A stretch of 64,000 bases of DNA. Source: Tubulanus polymorphus (lineage: Eukaryota; Animalia; Nemertea). The translations under genes and the position numbers were made by a program. Shown in pieces: positions 57,520-64,000 of the stretch. The notes below the pieces were generated by a model that saw only the letters and a program-made list of their open reading frames with translations, did no database searches and was not told the DNA's origin. Where the stretch lies: NCBI RefSeq assembly GCF_964204645.1, contig NC_134036.1, forward strand, positions 6,801,304-6,865,303. Reading direction: 5' to 3'. Position 1 is the stretch's first letter. The number at the start of each line of letters is the position of its first letter.

Positions 57520-57727
57520 CCTATTAAAGGCTACTAGCCTATGTAGGCCTATGTATATGCGTAGGCCTAACATCCGGACAGATTGGTCGTTGGCCTATTG
57601 AATAACGACCCTCTTAAATATCGTAAATTTTCTTTTGAAGTTCAATCCAATGAGTCCGTTAATAAACGCAACAATTATACTGTGTTTGTTTGAGACAGTT
57701 AATCTCAGTACCGGTAGGCCTAAAGGG
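57520..57727. mobile_element. Possible degenerate piggyBac-like MITE
   Basis: TTAA on both sides. Left end CCTATTAAAGGCTACTAG vs reverse complement of right end CCCTTTAGGCCTACCGG, an imperfect match needing gaps. Confidence 0.3.
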
Positions 57728-57900
57728 TTAAGGTCGCGTAAAACTCGTTAAACACTTCAAGCGACACAGCGAATGATCTCCTTCCCCCACAGCGAACGCT
57801 TATTCCGAATGTCAAGTGTGAGTCCAGCATACGGATGGAAGTGTGTTATTCTCATTCTCTTACTGAAGTGTGGAACTACATTTTCTTGCTTAATGAAAGA

Positions 57901-58117
57901 GGGTGACATCGGGGATGGTGACAGTGACATCGGGGATGGTGACAGTGACATAGGGTGACATTGGAGACAGGGACATAGGGTGACAGTGACATAGGATGAC
58001 ATTGGGGACAGTGACATAGAGTGACATCGGGGACAGTGACATAGGTTGACATCGGGGGCAGTGACACAGAGTGACATCGGGGATGGTGACATAGGGTGAC
58101 ATTGGGGACAGTGACAT
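57901..58117 (+). repeat. GTGACA-based minisatellite (~25-bp compound unit GTGACATCGGGGACAGTGACATAGG)
   Basis: Roughly 20 exact or near GTGACA cores with variable spacers. It explains the low-complexity ORFs at 57757-58219. Confidence 0.9.
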
Positions 58118-58232
58118 CTCTAGGATACATCTCCGGGGATATTTTTCCAGCTCCGCTTCTCTCCCCCAAAATGGTTGAGTTGCATCCAAGAAAACCATGC
58201 AGAAATATCTAGAAAACATAGCCAGGCGTATG

Positions 58233-58483
58233 AGTTTTCAAAAGTGAAAATGTGATAATTACAAATCGCTATTAGAACTCAATTATTTATTCCAATCGAA
58301 TATATTTACATTAAAAAAGTTTTCAAAAGTGACAATGTGATAACTATAAATCGCCATTCAAGATCAATTACTTATTCCAATCTAATTTATTTACATCGAA
58401 AAACTTTTCACGAAAATGTGATAACTGTTAATCCCTATTCAAGATCAATTATTTAATCCAATCGAATTAATTTACATTAAAAA
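58233..58483 (+). repeat. Three diverged tandem copies of an ~85-bp AT-rich unit
   Basis: TTTTCA...AATGTGATAA...TCAATTA..TA.TCCAATC.AAT..ATTTACAT..AAAA recurs at ~58233, ~58318 and ~58402. Confidence 0.85.
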
Positions 58484-58799
58484 AGGGAAAAAGTATGCTA
58501 AAATGTATATTTACATTCGAGAATATTTAGAAGAAGTACTGTCATATAAAAGTAACAAATAAATGGAAGAAGAGTGATACTGGTAAATAATAATTGGCAT
58601 ACTAGTCAATTATTTCTTTCAATTGAAAATATCGGAGATATATAGCATCTTTAGAAAAGTATGTGTGCTAAATATTGTCATATTATGCAAATTATACAAT
58701 AATAAATTTCATATAGCCTTAGTAAGTTTCATATGGTATGAATCAGGTATAATATTATTCACAATGGGGTATAGGATAAATGGGGCGCATAAATGTAAT

Positions 58800-59990
58800 T
58801 ACAATAGTTCATGCTGGTAATGTTGTGGTAAATGCGTAATAAATTCAGGTTAACAATCCATTGAGAAATTTTCGCTGTTAATGCTGAATGTTGATTCCAG
58901 ACTTGAAAATATCGTCATATTCAGGAAGTTGCGCGGTGGCCGGATGCGATTTCATGAAGAATACTGATCTTCCAAGAATGTCAATTCGGCCGAATCCTCG
59001 TTCGGTCAACTGCTGTAATTCGCCTAAAATAAAGTGTCAGTAATTAGAAACTGAAAGTAAAAGAGGATTACGAGGCTCACCGATTATGGCAGCGTCAATG
59101 ACGGGCCAAAATAACAACACAACGAAGCTATAAAATGTTTGACTAGTACTTACCATAATAATTACCTTTAACTTGTTCTGCTAGACAGCTTTTCACAACT
59201 CTGTGAATGTTGCGTACATATGTGACAGGTCCTTGTGACGAAAGCAACGCCTTCGATATCTTTTGCGAAAATGATGACACGCGAGGCGCGTGTATTGAAT
59301 CTACAGCATTGTGCTCTTCCACTGGCTGTAAATCAAAATGGAAAAACTATTTTAGTTTACCGGTAGTTATTATAATTTGTGTGGACAATGCACTTTTTCG
59401 ACCCCATTGAGCAGTAAATTGTTTCTCAATGGTTAGCACCAATGCATTTTTCTGGATGCATCGTTCAGTTACATAACTAATTGTGAAAAAATGTGTTTTG
59501 GTTTAAGCCCAACGGTCATTGATAATAATACGTGATGAAATTAATTTGATTTGGGGAAATACATACCTCGAGAAATATAGCTTTCTGGTGCTGCATTGTT
59601 CTGAAAAGCGTTTTCGCAGCTTGCATTTGTTGCATTGGGATAATTTCTGAAATGATTAATGCATTTTCGGATCTCCTTATGGTGTGCATCATCGCCCCAA
59701 CGAATATATGCAGTAACGCAGCAAGCCAAAATATGTGCGTCGCATCCGTTGACGATGCCATGTATATATCGCCGTTCTGTTCTTTGTTTTCTTCTGAAAT
59801 ATGAAAATAAACGTTAAAATGAACGCATAGTCTTACGATTAAAGACCATTGGTGAAACCATGGATTCAGCAACTTGCCAATATTTTCGTGGTATCTGCGT
59901 TGAAGGTAATCGATGTTTTCTTTCCTAAATTTCGTTAAACAAATTCTCACTTTTAACGCAGTCTCAAATGTTTTGTGACTTTCTCAAAAT
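58800..59990 (-). pseudogene. Possible decayed multi-exon gene with short introns; tentative DUF3987/AAA+ lid-like C-terminus
   Basis: Exon-like segment 59793-59567 is bounded by TTTCAG| and |GTATGT and reads EENKEQ...THIFWLAALLHIF...IIPMQQMQAAKTLFRTMQHQKAIFLE. Further acceptor-bounded open segments PVEEHN...KALLSSQGPV...EQVK and ELQQLTERGFGRIDILGRSVFFMKSHP, the last ending in stops. The family guess is from motif memory only. Confidence 0.3.
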
Positions 59991-60272
59991 GTATCAAAAA
60001 TTTAACTAATTTTTAGTTCATAAGTCCTCAAATATTCATAAATGAACAGTTAAAAATTGTTGAAACATGTCGACTCTGCTGTAAAATCAACCTATTAACA
60101 GTCCGGAATTTGGGATAATATTGGGCTTTAGAGGACATAATGCCCCCGAGGTCTTCACATTTACAGAAAAGATTACGTAAGTGATTCATGCGCAGCTCGC
60201 GATAGGCGCACAATAGAAATCTGAGCCGCGCTTTCTTTGAGCGTCACCAATTAAGAGGACCGCTATTGTGAA

Positions 60273-60530
60273 AATTGACTGCGGGAGGAATATTCCTCCC
60301 AATGTCAATCGATGGAAACTTGACCATGGGGTCCGATATTCAAAGAATTGACTTTGGGAGGAATATTCCTCCCAAGGTCAAACGAAGAGAATTTGACCTT
60401 CAGGTCTGATATTCAAAGTATCGACTTCGGGAGGAATGTTCCTCCGAATGTCAAACGAAGGAAACTGGACCTGGTCTGTTATTCGAAATATAGACTTTGG
60501 GATGAATGTTCTTCCAAACGACTAAACGCT
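60273..60530. repeat. ~73-bp tandem repeat (about 3.5 copies) with a central palindrome GGGAGGAATATTCCTCCC
   Basis: Perfect 18-bp palindrome at 60283-60300 and a 22-bp one at 60354-60375. Decayed copies at ~60429 and ~60499. Periods are 73, 73 and 70. Confidence 0.9.
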
Positions 60531-61094
60531 AAAACCTGAGCTTTTAGAATGATAGGTGTATCTATTAATTATATTGGTGTAATAATTGTTTTAATAAGTA
60601 GTATACTATAGTGACGACACCAGACATATTTAGGCAATTTGAGTGATAATGTACACGGTATTTGAGGGTCTGCGACGAATGATTTATAGAAAGTTGAATA
60701 GCTGTAGTGCAGGTTCTAATAATAAGGCTTATATAGTCTTCACATCGCAATCAGTTGTTAGAATGCATCTTCCTGTTTCTTTACTTGATCTTGAGTCTTG
60801 ATCTTGACTAGTTTAATTTTTTCTTCATTGATTGACGCTGGGAGGTCTAGATCAAATTATACTGTTAATCAAATCAATTATTTTTCAACTGCAAATTCAC
60901 ACTTGATATTGATATTAACAATCAATATTACTCATTTCATTTTATAGCGCACTGCTGCAAATTGTTATCAGTGTGCTTTGCATGAGTATAAAATTAACAC
61001 AAGCTGAAAGAATCGAAATTTAAATACGTGGATGATAAAAATCAAGTTAAAAGGTGTAGGGACGGAGAGATCTGGCGAAAAAAAAAACAGTAAT

Positions 61095-61385
61095 GGGTGC
61101 AAAATGGACCCGTGCCTAATCGCCCGACCAAAAACGACGGACCAGACCTGAGTCAAATTAAGCGTGTTGATTTAAACTGGTTCTGGAAGTCATTCACTTT
61201 GCTTGGTTTAAGTATGGACTCGTTTTAGATTCCATGGTTTAAGCATTGTTTAGTAACGAATGAATGGGTTTGAATTTGAATGTGAAATGAATTTGAACAT
61301 GAAAATCTGCGCGCTCTTTGGTAAGCCATGCGTAAAATTTAAGTCAGACCTGATTCGAGCCAATTTAGCCCCGACAAATCGTCTC
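61095..61385. mobile_element. Older degenerate copy of the adjacent MITE interior
   Basis: Collinear matches to 61456-61700: CCCGACCAAAAACG.CGGACCAG, AGCATTGTTTAGTA.CGA.TGAATGG and CCTGAT...AATTT.GCCC...CAAATCGTCTC. No intact TIRs. Confidence 0.6.
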
Positions 61386-61388
61386 TAT

Positions 61389-61715
61389 AGCCGCGATCAC
61401 ACGTGTATTTTTTTTAGGCCAGGGCCAAATTTGGGCCGGACCAACTGTTCACACGGGTGCCAATGTGCCCGAGCCTGTTTGGCCCGGGCCAAATTTGGCC
61501 CGACCAAAAACGTCGGACCAGGCCCGAGCACCAGACAAATGACTGCGTTTGAATTGCAACTAGCACCGTAAATGATCCACTTCGCTTTGTTTGAGCATTG
61601 TTTAGTATCGAGTGAATGGTTTGCGTGTGAACGCACTCTCTAATTACCAAATTTGGCCCGAGCCTGATCGGTGCTAATTTGGCCCGGGCCAAATCGTCTC
61701 CGTGTGATCGCGGCT
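61389..61715. mobile_element. PIF/Harbinger-like MITE, 327 bp
   Basis: Perfect 15-bp TIR AGCCGCGATCACACG / CGTGTGATCGCGGCT with 3-bp flanking duplication TAT. Internal palindromic GGCCAAATTTGGCC-type motifs. Confidence 0.8.
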
Positions 61716-63486
61716 TATGTGGGTCATGATTGTTGAGAGAAATCTTTCCCTTTATGTTTGCAAATTAGCCATTGTCCTAGTTTTAACTTCTGATTTGTAC
61801 CCTGTATAGGGTTTATATATCTGTTTGTACTTTTTCATAGAAATACGACAGATATCAAATGGAATCTTTGATTTAAGACACTGTAAACCGGTCCACACTA
61901 ATATGTCTATCCATCCGACCTACGAGCGATCATCTCATTAATGTGATAATTGCTCGTAAATCCGACAGCTACGTTTTACAACTAGAAATATATTAGATCA
62001 GATTCCTAATAATAAAATCATTACTATTAAGAATATGTTATTGATTATGGATAAATTCAAAAAGAATTGACAAAATATATTGCTTTGAATGGCCTTTAGA
62101 TATTGGATAGGGCGATTTTGAATTATTTTTGGGGAATTTTATCGAGAAGCTCAAACTCCCTAAGGCGATAAATTCTTTAAGGCAGATCTTTCCCGATTAT
62201 GATCCCACCATATGAATTGTTCACGAAACTTTTATGTATAAACACCTCACAATTAACGTAATGAATCAGTGACGTCCGGTTCCAATGTTTGCTCTATGGA
62301 TTTCAAAATAAAAGAAAAATCTACGTTTAAACGTGATATCTGTTTCATTACTCGTGATATATCGGGGAATCTCTGCAATAAAATTGGACGATTTCAAAAA
62401 TATTACAAAATGACCAAATTGCGATTCTTAGTGATTTTTGCTAACAGTATTGATTCTAGCGTATACGCGGATTTGTGTGATATGTAAAAAGTAACGTAGC
62501 GAATAATCAAAGTATCTACTGTAGCTAGATATGACAATTAAAAATCCCCCAGAATATCTCCTTCAAAATACCTTCATCCGTTCAAAAAAGATCACCTGGT
62601 AAAGATTTCCTATATAGAAATCTAAAAAATCTAAACCCTGGGTAAAAATCCCCCAAATATTCATACTTGGTGATTGTCAAGAACATGTCAAAGCACGATG
62701 TTTCTCGAATTTGCAATGAGACTGAAATATGTTTGAACTTTTAAATGAAATCTTTCGTTGCGATAAATTCTTACGAATAAAATAAATTGTAAGAATTAAT
62801 AAGAGTAATAAACTTTTATTTGTAATATCTTAAGATTCGAACTGGAATTTTTTTTGAATTTCAGCTGTGCGATGCCAAGAATTATTAGAAATAACGTACT
62901 TTTGATATTAAATATTTTAGATTCAAGCTAGTGTAATATATTTGAAATGCGCGATGAACCCCTTTACTAAGCTGTGCAATAACTGCATGTATATGTACTA
63001 ATTTAGTATCAATGAAACGTTAATTTGTAGTATGTTTTAATTTAAATAGCATAGTTTGTATGGGCATATTGATATCCTTACGGTGTTCGACAGTAAAATA
63101 TGAATAAATTGGATATACGTATCAATAATACGAATTAATTGACCTTAAGATTGTATCTGCTTATAATCCCTTTAAAGGGAGGGGATTACCTAATTTGAAG
63201 AATTGGGGATTTTTACCGAGGGGATTTTTGCTCGCTTACTTAGATGTTTTGAACTATTGACTTAGTTATTTTATTAAGTTTAAGTTAATCACTAGTAAGT
63301 TTATTCATTGACCACTTGCATGATAGTTCTTGATATATTCATGATATGCAATGAAATGAAATGTAAGTTCATCACATTTCTGAACTCATTAATACCGATT
63401 TTAATTGTGTTAAGCCCCATGAAAAATATGTCATGTCATTATATTGAAAGCTTTATGTTTTATTAACATTGGTAGTAGTTCTCATA

Positions 63487-63593
63487 AATTTTCCTTGGCC
63501 TTTTTTTCCGTGGCCATTTTTTCCTAGACAAATTACCTTGGCCATTTTTTCCTTGGCCATTCTTTCCTGGCCATTTTTCCTTGGCCATTTTTC
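63487..63593 (+). repeat. Short tandem repeat of ~14-15 bp (TGGCCATTTTTTCCT)
   Basis: About seven imperfect copies are visible directly. Confidence 0.8.
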
Positions 63594-64000
63594 CAACATT
63601 CTGGGATTTTTTACAACTAACCCTTAGCAATGCACTGTAATGAACAATTTACTTTGTTTTGCTAAATTAACTACTTGTAATCAATTCACTATAGAACTGT
63701 GGTCGATCCTAACAAAGAGTCCGACGTGCTATTCTAAACTTCAGTGGACAAAAATCTCTTTCTAAAAATTACATTGCTAAGATATTCTTAGTCTTCATCT
63801 TTCAGCATGAACTCTAGGCCTGGATATATTTCGGATTCATTAAATGGTATCATGTGTGTGTAGAACGTTTGGGCGAAGGTATTATCCCCCTGGATCACGC
63901 GTAAAACAAACAGAAAACATATTTTCATACATAGGTCATCGCATTATAGAAATTGAACTGTTGACAAGTTGTATTAAATCTCTATAGATGAAACACTTTT

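Noticed and set aside
56338-58219. ORFs within the TTCGAAC repeats, the MITE and the GTGACA minisatellite
   Set aside because: Low-complexity translations of non-coding repeats.
62540-63230. Inverted GGTAAAAATCCCC motifs (~62641 vs ~63205) suggesting another MITE
   Set aside because: The match is short, several scattered copies exist, and I could not define termini or a TSD.
53822-64000. Remainder of the Gypsy element (RT, RNase H, gag, 5' LTR) or resumption of the satellite
   Set aside because: Not found. The only RT-like sequence (56107-56346) is LINE-type and on the opposite strand.

Overview
Eukaryotic (most likely invertebrate animal) repeat-rich DNA. Bases 1-48148 are one uninterrupted head-to-tail satellite of ~120-125 bp monomers (~62% GC, 13 CpG in the 120-bp consensus, a (GGGA)n tract in essentially every unit; roughly 390 copies). 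It shows nested higher-order duplications (offsets 870, 2076, 3309, 5527, 21758 and 39903 bp). All ORF-track hits in this region are repeat artefacts. The array ends exactly at the predicted end of a minus-strand, 5'-truncated Ty3/Gypsy retrovirus-like element (48149-53821). On the minus strand the element reads: integrase core (D-X35-E, GPF motif) with a C-terminal chromodomain, a splice acceptor, an intact 873-aa F-type (baculovirus F/errantivirus-like) envelope ORF, a 1.5-kb 3' non-coding region, a polypurine tract and a ~444-bp candidate LTR. The Env is unusual. After its membrane anchor it continues ~245 aa with a possible internal signal peptide, a second TM helix, a beta-rich cytosolic domain and a terminal LYPDL (YPXL/ALIX-type late-domain) motif. 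The combination of chromodomain integrase, extended Env and satellite junction is the best candidate for an undescribed system. The integrase is cut off by a very AT-rich block of tightly packed small ORFs resembling a DNA-virus/Polinton-like relic. The last 8 kb hold a LINE RT fragment, two Harbinger-like MITEs, several minisatellites and a possible decayed multi-exon gene. All family assignments are from motif recognition by eye; no searches were run.
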